Source of the DNA: Williopsis jadinii
Taxonomy: Eukaryota
Direction: 5' to 3'
Assembly: GCA_024346625.1 (NCBI GenBank)
Contig: AP024666.1
Location: 868,001-932,000, forward strand
Length of the DNA: 64,000 bases
The notes beneath the pieces are model-generated. The model was given only the letters and a program-made list of their open reading frames with translations. It was not told the origin of the DNA and searched no databases. Position 1 is the stretch's first letter; each line of letters begins with the position of its first letter. Below, in pieces: positions 22,330 through 32,987 of the stretch. A program made the position numbers and the translations under genes.

Positions 22330-23376
22330 TCAACCAAGTGAGGCTATTACTAACGGAGTGAGTTATGTCTTCGTTACACTCCTCTCCAAAGACACAATTT
22401 GGAATCCTAAACAAGCAACCTTTGGATGTCTTCACAACGGAACAACGCGGTCAATTCAACAGAGAGCAGTGGTCCGTTTTAACGCTTTAACCTCCCTTCT
22501 TTCGGAATCAGCTACTGAGAGGTTTCCAACTGGTTGTTGTTAGAAATCGTACGGTTTGCTCACAGAAAAAAAAGAGTCAACAGCTTGTGCAGTTTTGTGT
22601 GCTTGGGATTTCTCCAGTTTTGTAAAGTTTTTCTTTCCTTCCTGTTGCAGTTGGTGTGTTCGTGGCGTGCAATTCGCGGTGAGCCAAAGAAGAAAAACAA
22701 AAAAAGCTAATTTCTGAGTGTGAGAATAATTCGTAATAATAATTATCGCGATTATTTCTCGTTTAATCTCTCACGCAGAAAAATCGAACCACTTTTGCAG
22801 GGCTAAGCTGCCGTTACGGGAAGGGGAAACAGAGCTGTGCCAGTGAGGAGGAGTTAGCGGAGGTGGGAAGGGGGAGAGGGCCCCGATAGTGGAATGTGGG
22901 CGTTGGTAGCAATGGTAGCAGAAACAGCGGTCGTAGCCGTCTGCCGGAGTCTAATGCTTTGGGGGTGTGTAAATGTTCATTCGACCACAGTGTGGGTTTG
23001 TATAAATTTGTGTTGATCGACGTTGTATATATAATTTTATATCTTTTATTATAAAACCCAATAAATATAATAATCTCACCACGTCATACACATTGAACAC
23101 GCAACAACCACAGCCTGTTGAACACACTTTAGACGTTTGAGAAACAGCAAAGGTCAATCATTGAGCCTTAAATAGTAACAGTTGTCCTTTTCTTGGATTA
23201 CTCCACCTTTTCGTCTGTGTTTTTTTCCGGTTTCTCTTTTCACCCCTGAGTTCCTCTCTACAAGTTGGTTGAATAGAGGCCATTCAGAGCAATTTGTTGT
23301 TGATTTTATTATACGGGTGTGTGTTTTTGTTTTGTTTTGGAAAAAACATCAACATATATTGTGACTGGAAAGAGGT

Positions 23377-24534
23377 ATGAACGTTTACCATACCGCTGCT
23401 AAGGAGCACATTAAGCCCTGGGATCTCAACCTGTCCTTCCCAAAAAGGCTCAAGCAATCGCAAGAGATTTCCGCACTGTTACGCGAGCTCTCAACCACCG
23501 AGGAGTCCATTGACTATGCGTGGGTAGCAAAGGCCATCCTCAACAGGGCAACAAACACCTTGACAGAGGAGCTCTTCTCGAAAACTACTGATATCACCGA
23601 TGACGGTGTTCTGGCCGGCGAGGACGATGGTGCTCCTGGTGACGACAGTGAGGTAATCGCTGGTGCTGATACAGATGAGCCAGCAGCGGAGGTTGGTGAT
23701 GAAGAGACTACTGGCTCTGGTGACACTGACCATGGGAGTAGACCGAATAAACGTCAGAGAACAGAGAATGGGGCGGTTGTCAATCCAATGACAGGTGCAC
23801 TGGACTTCCCAGGCTCCTTACCTTCGCGCTGGAAAGAGATCCAAAGGCTAAGTGTCACGGCCATCAACAATGAACAGGATTTGATTGACTACTTCCTCTT
23901 CAAACAGATTGCGATACAACAGGTGAGACAAGCGGCCATTGATACGTGTGCTTTGTTTTCTTCTTTCAGGCTTGTTGCCAAAGTGTCCTCTCTAATGGCA
24001 TTAAAGGAATTGCTGTTGAACAATTACGCACTGTTGAAATGGATCCCAATATCATGGATCACACTATCGATCAACAACAGTGGCTGTTTGGCGAACCTCG
24101 TGGATTCAGGCTCGCTTGTGGATTTCATCTTTGAATCTGACACATCTATAACGTCGTTGATTGGCTGGTTGACCAAGTTGCAAACAAAGCAACCGCAGTC
24201 GTTCTTTATAGAGAATTCAGATGAGGTTGAGTCGCTGTTAGGATTGACTTCGACTAGCCATACAGCTGACTCTAAGAAACAAAGTAACAGAATAGCAAGG
24301 GGAAAGATCTCAGATGACATCTATGTGTCTGAAGCTCCACATCAACAGGTGATTGCAGCAGCCGATATCAAACAACTAATTGGCCATAGAAAGAAGAAGA
24401 AAGGGTACGTCATTGAAGTTGAGCTCATCTCCAATGGATCGTTCGAGTGGGTAAGGGCAAGTGAACTCAAAAGAGTGGCACCTGACCTTTTACATAAATA
24501 TGCTTCAGAGTGTGGGTTGACTAAGTACCAATAG
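23377..24534 (+). CDS. Hypothetical 385-aa protein with acidic region, NLS-like motif and C-terminal chromo/chromoshadow-like segment
   Basis: Long ATG-initiated ORF with 'RPNKRQRT' and C-terminus 'IKQLIGHRKKKKGYVIEVELISNGSFEWVRASELKRVAPDLLHKY'. No orthologue recognised. Confidence 0.7.
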   Translation: MNVYHTAAKEHIKPWDLNLSFPKRLKQSQEISALLRELSTTEESIDYAWVAKAILNRATNTLTEELFSKTTDITDDGVLAGEDDGAPGDDSEVIAGADTDEPAAEVGDEETTGSGDTDHGSRPNKRQRTENGAVVNPMTGALDFPGSLPSRWKEIQRLSVTAINNEQDLIDYFLFKQIAIQQVRQAAIDTCALFSSFRLVAKVSSLMALKELLLNNYALLKWIPISWITLSINNSGCLANLVDSGSLVDFIFESDTSITSLIGWLTKLQTKQPQSFFIENSDEVESLLGLTSTSHTADSKKQSNRIARGKISDDIYVSEAPHQQVIAAADIKQLIGHRKKKKGYVIEVELISNGSFEWVRASELKRVAPDLLHKYASECGLTKYQ

Positions 24535-24622
24535 CAGCGTATTCCAAGTACAAATAAAACATGTTAAACAAATAAGAAAGTAAAACAATAAAACAAACCA
24601 TCTCATACCTATATCAACCGGA

Positions 24623-26794
24623 TCAATGATTGATTAAAAGTGCATCAAGGTTATTCTCTTTGAACATTGCACCATCATCAGCGAGTGTGTTTAGGTTTAA
24701 AGGCCCAATGACGAAACCACATGGCTCTTCAGAAGTTTCGATGACAAACTCCAGCTTATCATTATCAGTTACACCAGCTGAAGCCCTTAGGCTTTGGGAC
24801 AATGAACACAGCTGATCTTCATCGATTTCGTCATCACCAACAACGGTCACTTTGCGAATCTGTCCAGAGTTGACCAGCAGCTTAGCAAGATAGACAATAA
24901 GAACGTTCTTGGTGTCGAAGATATCAACACCCCTGTGTAAAACGATGCTCAAAGATGTAATTTTCTCAGAGTTACTTCTTAATAACAACCCGAAATGTGG
25001 TACAATTATTCTCTCTTTCAGTTCTGATATTAGCTTCGAATCAACCTGGTCTGAGTGGATGGCGTAGATTAGGAAATCATCAGCGTTGTCGCTTGTTTCC
25101 AAATAAGTAATGGTCTTGTATTGGAGAACGTAATACACCAGATCACCAACGTAGGGAACCGAGTTGTATTCAAATAGCTTCTTCAATATTTGTAACACCG
25201 ATGCATTTCGGGTGTCTTCTGGAATATGAGAGGCATCAATCAAATCAGCAGTTCTCTCAGTCAGTTCCTTTAGAAAGATTACGTTCAGCATTGGTAATTC
25301 ATTACCAGATGAATACAACAACTCCGTGAAGTTTAACAGAGCCAATATCTCTTCACTATCTTCAACGTTGTATATGATCTTGTTAAATTTGAAGTCCTTG
25401 TGAAGCATTGTAGAATCCGAAGCCCTTGACGTCGTGCGTTCCAACTCGTGTCCTTCCCAGTCAATATCACCTTTCAAATACTTTTGCACTTTCTCCCTAT
25501 AGCTCACTGGGTACGATAAAAGAGTCAATGGCGTGGTTAAGAATGTACATACAAGCGTCATCAGCACAAACATCGAGAAGAGCTTTCTGCTGATGATGCC
25601 AGCATTTAAACCAACGTTCAGGACAACAATTTCAACAATACCCTTACAGGACATCAAGACACCCACAGTCAGAGATTCTCTCCAGTAGTAACCACAGGCT
25701 TTTGCACCGATGAAGCCACCGATGATCTTTGTAGACATGGATACAACAATGATGGCTACAACGTAACCCCAGTCAATCCCCCTATTCAGCTCATCAAAGT
25801 CAACGTTAAATCCAGCAATGGCAAAATATATCGGAATGAATATGATCTGAACTATATCCTCGATCTTATGTGTCAAGTCCACTACAAACCCATGTTCTCT
25901 AGGAACGATGAGCCCCACCATGAAAGCACCAAAGATGGAGTGGACGCCAATGATGTCGGTGAAAAAGGACGAGACAAACATCATGAGAATAATCATGAGC
26001 ATCCCTGCTCTTGAGAGCACACCTGATTTCAGGTCCCTTCTGAGGATGAACTTGACCAGTACCCATCTTACAGGGAATATCACAAAGAGTGCCCACCCGA
26101 TGGTTACGAGCAAGATGTACAGTGTATCGATACCAGAACCTGCGTTTGCCAGTGTCACTGACAAGGCCAATAGCATCCAGCCCACAACGTCATTCGTGAT
26201 CCCTGAAGCTAAGACAATTGTACCAACACGCTCTTTCAACAGTCTCAGCTCTGTAAGGATTCTTGCCAACACCGGGAACGCCGTGATACACATCGCAACA
26301 GCGATGAAGACCATAAAGGTTGTGAACTTCAAGCCCTCACTGTGGTCCTGCGAGTACTCGTTGAATAGGCCATACGCGATGAGACAGCCGAAGCCAAAGG
26401 GAACCGCCATGTTCGTCAGCCCAACAGTCAGCGCTATGTATATGTTCTTCTTTAAGAATTTGACATCAACCTCCAACCCCACGAGGAACAGGAAGAAGAT
26501 GATACCGATATTTCCCACAAGAGTCAACATCGGCACAGACTCATCTGGGAAGCACGTCGACGTGAAGTTAGGAATCCTTCCGAGCGCAGTGGGGCCCAGT
26601 AGTATACCGGCTATAACCTCTGCGATGACTCTAGGCTGTCTCATGTATCCCAGTGGTATATGGATGATCTGACACAGTGCGATGATGAACACAGCCTGGA
26701 ACAAGAACAGTGTGATGGGCGTATCTGGATCATATTCCAGGGGGTCTCTTCCTCCAATGATACCACTGTGACTGTTGCTACTTGATTCCGACAT
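24623..26794 (-). CDS. KHA1: K+/H+ antiporter (CPA2 family)
   Basis: 'MRQPRVIAEVIAGILLGPT', 'ITAFPVLARILTE', 'GVLMSCKGIVEIVVLNVG'; many TM segments. Confidence 0.95.
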   Translation of the reverse strand: MSESSSNSHSGIIGGRDPLEYDPDTPITLFLFQAVFIIALCQIIHIPLGYMRQPRVIAEVIAGILLGPTALGRIPNFTSTCFPDESVPMLTLVGNIGIIFFLFLVGLEVDVKFLKKNIYIALTVGLTNMAVPFGFGCLIAYGLFNEYSQDHSEGLKFTTFMVFIAVAMCITAFPVLARILTELRLLKERVGTIVLASGITNDVVGWMLLALSVTLANAGSGIDTLYILLVTIGWALFVIFPVRWVLVKFILRRDLKSGVLSRAGMLMIILMMFVSSFFTDIIGVHSIFGAFMVGLIVPREHGFVVDLTHKIEDIVQIIFIPIYFAIAGFNVDFDELNRGIDWGYVVAIIVVSMSTKIIGGFIGAKACGYYWRESLTVGVLMSCKGIVEIVVLNVGLNAGIISRKLFSMFVLMTLVCTFLTTPLTLLSYPVSYREKVQKYLKGDIDWEGHELERTTSRASDSTMLHKDFKFNKIIYNVEDSEEILALLNFTELLYSSGNELPMLNVIFLKELTERTADLIDASHIPEDTRNASVLQILKKLFEYNSVPYVGDLVYYVLQYKTITYLETSDNADDFLIYAIHSDQVDSKLISELKERIIVPHFGLLLRSNSEKITSLSIVLHRGVDIFDTKNVLIVYLAKLLVNSGQIRKVTVVGDDEIDEDQLCSLSQSLRASAGVTDNDKLEFVIETSEEPCGFVIGPLNLNTLADDGAMFKENNLDALLINH

Positions 26795-27009
26795 TCCGAG
26801 TCACTCTGCCATCAAGCGGATGTCTAGTTGTGTCTGCTTGTGCGTGTTCTCGGTGAGTGTGTGTGGTGAGAAGGATAATTCCAATTAGTTGCGATGAGCG
26901 TGTGTGCTGGGCAGCAAAAAAGAGACAGGCGAGCAAATTACATCAACGCTAAGAAATGACCAGAGAGCTTAAGATATTACTGCTTATGTGTATGTACAAT
27001 TGAACATGG

Positions 27010-28479
27010 CTAGAACTTCTCCTCCACTTGATCGTCGTAGTTGTTACGCAACAGTTCTAGTCCCCAACTGCCAATGACGTTCAGAACGCCGACACGCCAG
27101 CCCCTAAAGATTCCTTCCAATCCGCTATTCTCCCCTTTTGAGTAAAAGATGTCCCAGAGCGTCGTGAAAATGCCTGAGTAGCCACCGAACTTGACGATCA
27201 GCTGTCCTTGGTTATCGATCTTGAGCTTGTTTGAAGAGCCACGGGCTCTTTTCATCATATATGAGATCTGAGCCCTACGCAATAGCGTCTCCACTGGCAG
27301 TTTGATTGTGAGGAAGATCACGGAAGCCAGCAGGCTCAGGGATCCGTACAAGGATGGGGACACTGTAGAATCAACACCGAGTTTAACGGTTAGGAGATAT
27401 GGCGTGAGTTTCTTGTTGAGCGTCGAAGCCAAGGAGTTGAGTGCAGTAGGCACCACAAGCGATAAGGGACAAGTGCTAAACTTCAGGTGTTTGATACTAT
27501 TTCTCAGCGATCTCTCGTTGCCTTCGATCTTGGTGATGACGAGTCTTGTGCGGATGAGATCCAGTGGGGCCAGTATCAGTGCTGTTAAGACACTGGCACC
27601 TAATGAAAGCATCAGGGTTGTCGTTGGCCGTGGAGAATGCGCCACCTCGACAAAGAAAGGGTCTGGAATGGATAAGAAAATCGATACAAACCCGGTGATC
27701 CAAGCCTCTAGAGTGGCATTTAACGTGTTGTAGACGAAAGTGGTGTTTGTAGCCCTCCAAAGACCCCTAACCCCTTCCTGAGAGAGCAAGGAGCTCATCA
27801 CATCCATAGTGTTCAAAGTCATTGGAGTCAAGTGCTTTGGTCCCTTATGAGGAGTCTGTGGTACAGATGGCGAGGACACACTCTTCTGGACGTTTCTTCT
27901 CACAACACGGGTTCTCTTACGCTCCTCATCCCGTGGAACAAAATAGTCAATGTCTTCCTCGTCAGGGTCATCGTCACCCCCATCGGCGATATCTTCATCC
28001 TCCTCCATAAAACTATCCGTATCACGCGGTTTCCCGGAATGGAACTGCTTCAGCGAGCTGGTATGGCCATCAATAGTGGAGATATCACCAACTTGTAAGA
28101 TTAGCCTTGAAACCTCAAAAGGTTGTGCAACGACGATTTTGGCATAGTTCCGCAGCAACGATTGTGTCAGCGATTTCACCAGTTCAACAACGTTCGAGTA
28201 GTCAAAGTATTCCGTGAATTCCAGGTCAGAGTAGCTCTTCTGGATGTTGTCGTAGTTCACAACAGGGCCTCTGCCCGAGCCATAGCCCGCTCCGTGGGCC
28301 TGTGCCTTGAACATCGACACCGTCGATGGCGTGCTGTTACGTGTAGCCGATGAGAGCTTAGACGCTATTGTCCGGCCGTGCTCATCAATGACACCGACAC
28401 CAGGACGATACACTGCCGAATAGCCACCATGGAAGGTATCAGCATCGTAGTAAGGACGCAGGTTACCGGAATCAGGCAT
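27010..28479 (-). CDS. UGO1: Mitochondrial outer-membrane fusion protein
   Basis: 'LRPYYDADTF' N-terminus and degenerate carrier motifs 'QPFEVSRLILQVG', 'PLDLIRTRL'. First ATG at 28479. Confidence 0.93.
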   Translation of the reverse strand: MPDSGNLRPYYDADTFHGGYSAVYRPGVGVIDEHGRTIASKLSSATRNSTPSTVSMFKAQAHGAGYGSGRGPVVNYDNIQKSYSDLEFTEYFDYSNVVELVKSLTQSLLRNYAKIVVAQPFEVSRLILQVGDISTIDGHTSSLKQFHSGKPRDTDSFMEEDEDIADGGDDDPDEEDIDYFVPRDEERKRTRVVRRNVQKSVSSPSVPQTPHKGPKHLTPMTLNTMDVMSSLLSQEGVRGLWRATNTTFVYNTLNATLEAWITGFVSIFLSIPDPFFVEVAHSPRPTTTLMLSLGASVLTALILAPLDLIRTRLVITKIEGNERSLRNSIKHLKFSTCPLSLVVPTALNSLASTLNKKLTPYLLTVKLGVDSTVSPSLYGSLSLLASVIFLTIKLPVETLLRRAQISYMMKRARGSSNKLKIDNQGQLIVKFGGYSGIFTTLWDIFYSKGENSGLEGIFRGWRVGVLNVIGSWGLELLRNNYDDQVEEKF

Positions 28480-28804
28480 ATCGATCAATACTGTGCTTCC
28501 CAAGATTGCTTACGCTCAGCAAGGACAAATCCGGAGAATAAACAAACCACACCATTTTAGGCCTATGTGCCTTGTATTTTTTGCTTTTGCTACTCATCCT
28601 CCTACGAATGGTACACGCACCCGCTGGAGCAGGATTGCATACCGGAGCAGCGATCTAAACTGGTTCACTCAAGCGATGGCTAGCACCGCCGCTGACTAAT
28701 GTTTCCAGTAGGATCACCTATTTATATAAGCGGATCATCGCCACGGATCATCTTAATCATCAGTATAGACATTTGAGCTCATATAATCCGCGTATTGGTA
28801 CACA

Positions 28805-29842
28805 ATGACAGGTCCCGTTGAGTGGACACGCCTAGGCAGCTCTGGGCTGAAGATCTCCAAGGCAGTCATTGGGTTCATGTCGTATGGGTCTAAACGGTGG
28901 GCTGATTGGGTCGAAGAGGACGAAGAGCAGATCTTTGGGCTCCTGAAGAAGGCTTATGACGTTGGTCTCAGAACTTATGACACTGCGGATGTTTACTCAA
29001 ATGGTGAGTCGGAGAGGATCCTGGGGAGATTCCTGCGCAAGTTTGAGATTCCAAGGGACAAAGTTGTCATCATGAGCAAAGTGTTCTTTGCAGTCGATGA
29101 ACAATTGCCTTTGAAGCACGGGAACCTGGCAACAGACGACTACACCGTAGAGCTGATCAATTCACAGGGGCTATCACGCAAGCATATTCTGGACGCAGCG
29201 GAAGCTTCTGTGAAGAGACTGGGCACGTACATCGACCTCTACCAGATCCACAGATATGACAACGAGGTGCCACCTGAGGAGACGATGCGGGCGTTGAACG
29301 ACGTTGTGTCCCAGGGACTCGCACGCTACATCGGCGCATCGTCCATGAGGGCCACGGAGTTCGCGCAGTTACAGTTCATAGCTGAGAAGAACCATTGGCA
29401 CAAGTTCATCTCGATGCAAGATTACTACAATTTGATCTACAGGGAGGAGGAACGTGAGATGCACCATTTTTGTGCGAAGACCGGGGTTGGGGTGTTGGCA
29501 TGGTCGCCGAATGCGCGTGGGATACTCACCAGACCAGTTGATAACGCCACCAAGAGGATCAAGTCCGACCCGACGTTCGTTGGACTTGGACTGGACAAGC
29601 TTACCGCTGTTGATAAGGCCATAGTTTCCAGGGTGCAGAAGCTGGCTACCGATAGAGGTGTCAGCATGGCCATTGTCTCTACCGCGTGGGTAATGTCAAA
29701 GGGACATACGCCAATTGTCGGGCTTAACTCCACTGAGCGTGTTCTGGAGGTTGTTAGGGCAAGCCAGCTGTCCCTGGACCAGGAGGAGATTGCATTTCTG
29801 GAAGAGCTCTATGAGCCTAAAAGAGTTGTTGGGTTTAAATAG
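28805..29842 (+). CDS. Aldo-keto reductase (aryl-alcohol dehydrogenase-like, YPL088W family)
   Basis: 'LGSSGLKIS', 'DTADVYSNGESE', 'YIDLYQIHRYD', 'AWSPNARG'. TATATAA at about 28723. Confidence 0.92.
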   Translation: MTGPVEWTRLGSSGLKISKAVIGFMSYGSKRWADWVEEDEEQIFGLLKKAYDVGLRTYDTADVYSNGESERILGRFLRKFEIPRDKVVIMSKVFFAVDEQLPLKHGNLATDDYTVELINSQGLSRKHILDAAEASVKRLGTYIDLYQIHRYDNEVPPEETMRALNDVVSQGLARYIGASSMRATEFAQLQFIAEKNHWHKFISMQDYYNLIYREEEREMHHFCAKTGVGVLAWSPNARGILTRPVDNATKRIKSDPTFVGLGLDKLTAVDKAIVSRVQKLATDRGVSMAIVSTAWVMSKGHTPIVGLNSTERVLEVVRASQLSLDQEEIAFLEELYEPKRVVGFK

Positions 29843-30459
29843 TCCTCCACCAAACATGCAATTGTGACTAGTGTGTTTGTCCGGTGACCGTTTGACAGCG
29901 CTTGTTCATGTCCAGTGTTAGTTTCTTTTTTTGGAGCCTCTTGCCAAATTTGTCCTCTGATTATCTCTTTTGATTAACTTCTAAGGCGGTGTAAACGTTG
30001 AACGTAATGGTCAGTCAGGCTTTTTTGATGCAGCATTGCCCGGGAAAAGCACACTTAACGTGTAGTTACGCAAGCGTAAAGTTCGCTGGGCTGACCGCAT
30101 TTTTCTTTTCAAGCGGTTTGGTCGATGACGTTTCGTGAGGGTGAGACAAAAAAAGAAGAACCAGCTCCTCTCCTTTTAAAAAAGCAGACAAACCTTACCC
30201 ACCACGTCCCCCAAAACTTTATAGGCAAAACAATAAAAAAACAGAGAATCCTTTTTTAAGTAAAGGACAAAATTTTTATCTTTATTAATCTCACAGACCA
30301 CCTTTCGGATTAATCCAAACTAAAGTGCAACTCAATTCTCTGACCACACTGTGCAACTACAATCCGTGGCCACAGCGTTTTATTTCAAACAACACCTCTC
30401 CCATCACATACACGAAACGAGGGAAGACACCAGCTCAAGACTAAGCCAGGAAGACAAAC

Positions 30460-30637
30460 ATGTCACGTAATGGAACGATGTCCTCGAGCATCTCCCAACA
30501 ACAACAGCAAAACTTGCTACAGTTGCATAGCCTGGAGCAGAGTTACAACACATATCAACAGTCGAGATCTATCACCTCAGATAAAAGGATGATTTCGGAT
30601 GTCTTGCAGCAACCATCACAACAACAGGCACCACTGC

Positions 30638-30683
<46 letters not shown>

Positions 30684-32670
30684 GTTCCCGCCGGGCCAGC
30701 AAATACAGCAAATACAGCATCTACCACCAGCACAGCAACAGCAACAGCTGAAGGTCCCACACTCTCGTACAGCCAGTGTACAAGGGCGTAGACACATGGA
30801 CCCAAGAAGCCCTTTTAGCGTCGCAGTGCCTACCAATGCCAACCCAACAGAAATTTTGGCGGCTCGATTCTCAGCATGGAGAAGCATCCTCTCTGGCTTG
30901 TTGCAATACTTGAACGAAGTTGTGAGCATCCAGGATGAAATCGTTCGCCAACAACTCCGTCTGAGAAACGCTGCCAATTTTGGTATATCAAGCAGCGATG
31001 ACAACTCTGGCAGTGGAAATGGCGGCAATAACAGCGGGGGTAAACAACGTCATATTGTCGGTTCATTCCACGATAACGTCCCAAATAGTCAGTTCTTTGT
31101 TCCAGTGGGAAATGGTTCTGTTCAGGACTTGCCAAAGACCTTGACTGATTTTCACACTGCGTCCGCATCGTTGGCGCAGAGAGCCTCCAAGGAATTGAAT
31201 ACTGTTGTAATTCCAAGATTGGAAGATTTGAGAAGAGAACTCTTGGTGAAGATCAAAGAAATCAAAGGATTGAGCTCTGATTTCAAGAATAATGTTGCGA
31301 AGGAACTGGCGCAGACAAAGATAGACATGCAACAGTACTTAAAGTCTCTAGAAGATGCTAAATTCAACCCACAGACAATGCATGAGAGACAGGACCCTTA
31401 CTTGACGAAGATCATCCTGGATAAGCAGATCAAGAGACAAATAGTGGAGGAGAACTACTTGCAAGAAGCGTTCCTCAACTTGCAAAGTTCTGGTAAGGAG
31501 TTGGAGAAAGTTGTTGTTGGTGAGATCCAAAATGCATTGACAGTCTTTGCAAGATTATTGGGGGAGCAAGCTCAAAATGTCTTTGATAAGTTAATCACCA
31601 ACTTGGATTATGGATTCTTGACGAAGCCACCAACCTTTGAATGGGATCAATTCATTGCCAATGATAAGAACTTTATCGATGAGAATTTGCCGAAGAGAGA
31701 TTACAAGTCCATTGTCTACGAGAAGGACAATGATCCATTCAGTTTCGAAGTTCGCTCCTCTTTCCTAGAGAGAAGATCGAAATTCTTGAAGTCATACTCA
31801 AAGGCCTATTATGTCTTGACACCAACGTTCTTGCACGAGTTCAAAAGTGCGGATCGTAAGAGAGACTTGATACCGGTGACTTCCTTGAGACTCGATGACA
31901 TTGAGCTTGAAGACCACGCAAAGATGGACTCCAAACAGTACAAGTTTGTTTTGAAAAAAGTTGGTAAGCTGTCTTCGCACAAGTTCTTCTTCCGTGCTGA
32001 AAGTTATGAAGCCATGCTTTCATGGTCTAACGATATCAAGAACTTGAAATCCATCAGCAATCCATCTAGCAGAAGCGCATATGCTGCAAAGCACCGCAGT
32101 GCGAAGGACTTATCCAGAGTCTCATCAATGACTTCCAGATCTCAAATCAGAAATAGCATTTCGCATGACTCTTCAGCACGTGAAGTTGACACCATTCTTA
32201 CAGTTCCAAACAACAATCTATCCTTACCAACTCAGACTTCTTCGACATTACCCCCATCCATGGTAAATGACGCTGTTTACGTCAAGCAGGTCACACTTGA
32301 ACATGCGTCCCCTGCTCAAGCACAAAGACAGGCGTTTGCTCCAAATCAACAAGCATCTCAGCCACCTTACCCGGTACAGCAACCGTTTTTCGATCAGCAG
32401 TACACAAATGGCTCACTGAACGCACATAACTCGACTGAACAGGTGTATTCTCAAAAGGCTCCTCACGTTTTTGTAGAGCCTGCATCACCTGCTTTACGTC
32501 CAGAGGATTCTAACGGAGATACAGTGGATTCATATGCTACTGAACACCGCAGAAGTTCTCAGTTTGAACCAGAAACTTCGGGATTCTCTGATGAAGGTAA
32601 GAGTGCCAAAAAGGAGACACATAAGGATGACCTTTATGAAGGTGCTGCCTCAACACCTCAGAAGTTCTAA
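30460..32670 (+). CDS. SLM1: BAR/PH-domain eisosome/TORC2 effector
   Basis: 'DPRSP...ILAARFSAWR...IQDEIVRQQLRL' and PH domain 'FLERRSKFLKSYSKAYYVLTPTFLHEFK'. Next to ALG11 and MOB1 like SLM2/SLM1. Confidence 0.93.
30637..30684 (+). repeat. (CAA)n coding microsatellite (polyQ in SLM1)
   Basis: 16 Gln codons, nearly pure CAA. Confidence 0.9.
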
Positions 32671-32987
32671 CCACTTGACTTTGGTCTCTTTTCAGCCTTC
32701 TAAGAGAGAACACCTTTGTGATCTATCATGTTTATTGCCAAATGTCTTACCATGTCGAGAATATTCCATTGAACAGCACATTTGATTTTATTTCACAGGT
32801 ATGGTACGATCACTTTGCTTCTACATTCTTTGTATTATCATTACAGAGTATAAACTGTTTTACTATCCTTAAAAGGCTTCGATTGACAACCAGCTTCAAC
32901 ATTCTTTTTTTTTTCTAACCTATTAATTGTATCATTGAATCACATCGCAATATGTAGCTGATAGTACATGTTCAAGTAGACCCTTAT

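Noticed and set aside
22860..23130. G-rich tract followed by an AT-rich imperfect inverted repeat, possible transposon end before the orphan ORF
   Set aside because: No matching terminal repeat or target-site duplication found downstream of the ORF.
25908..26672. Long antisense ORFs such as the 254-aa one opposite KHA1 (also opposite HEM1, STP and the SODs)
   Set aside because: Shadow ORFs caused by codon bias of the real genes.
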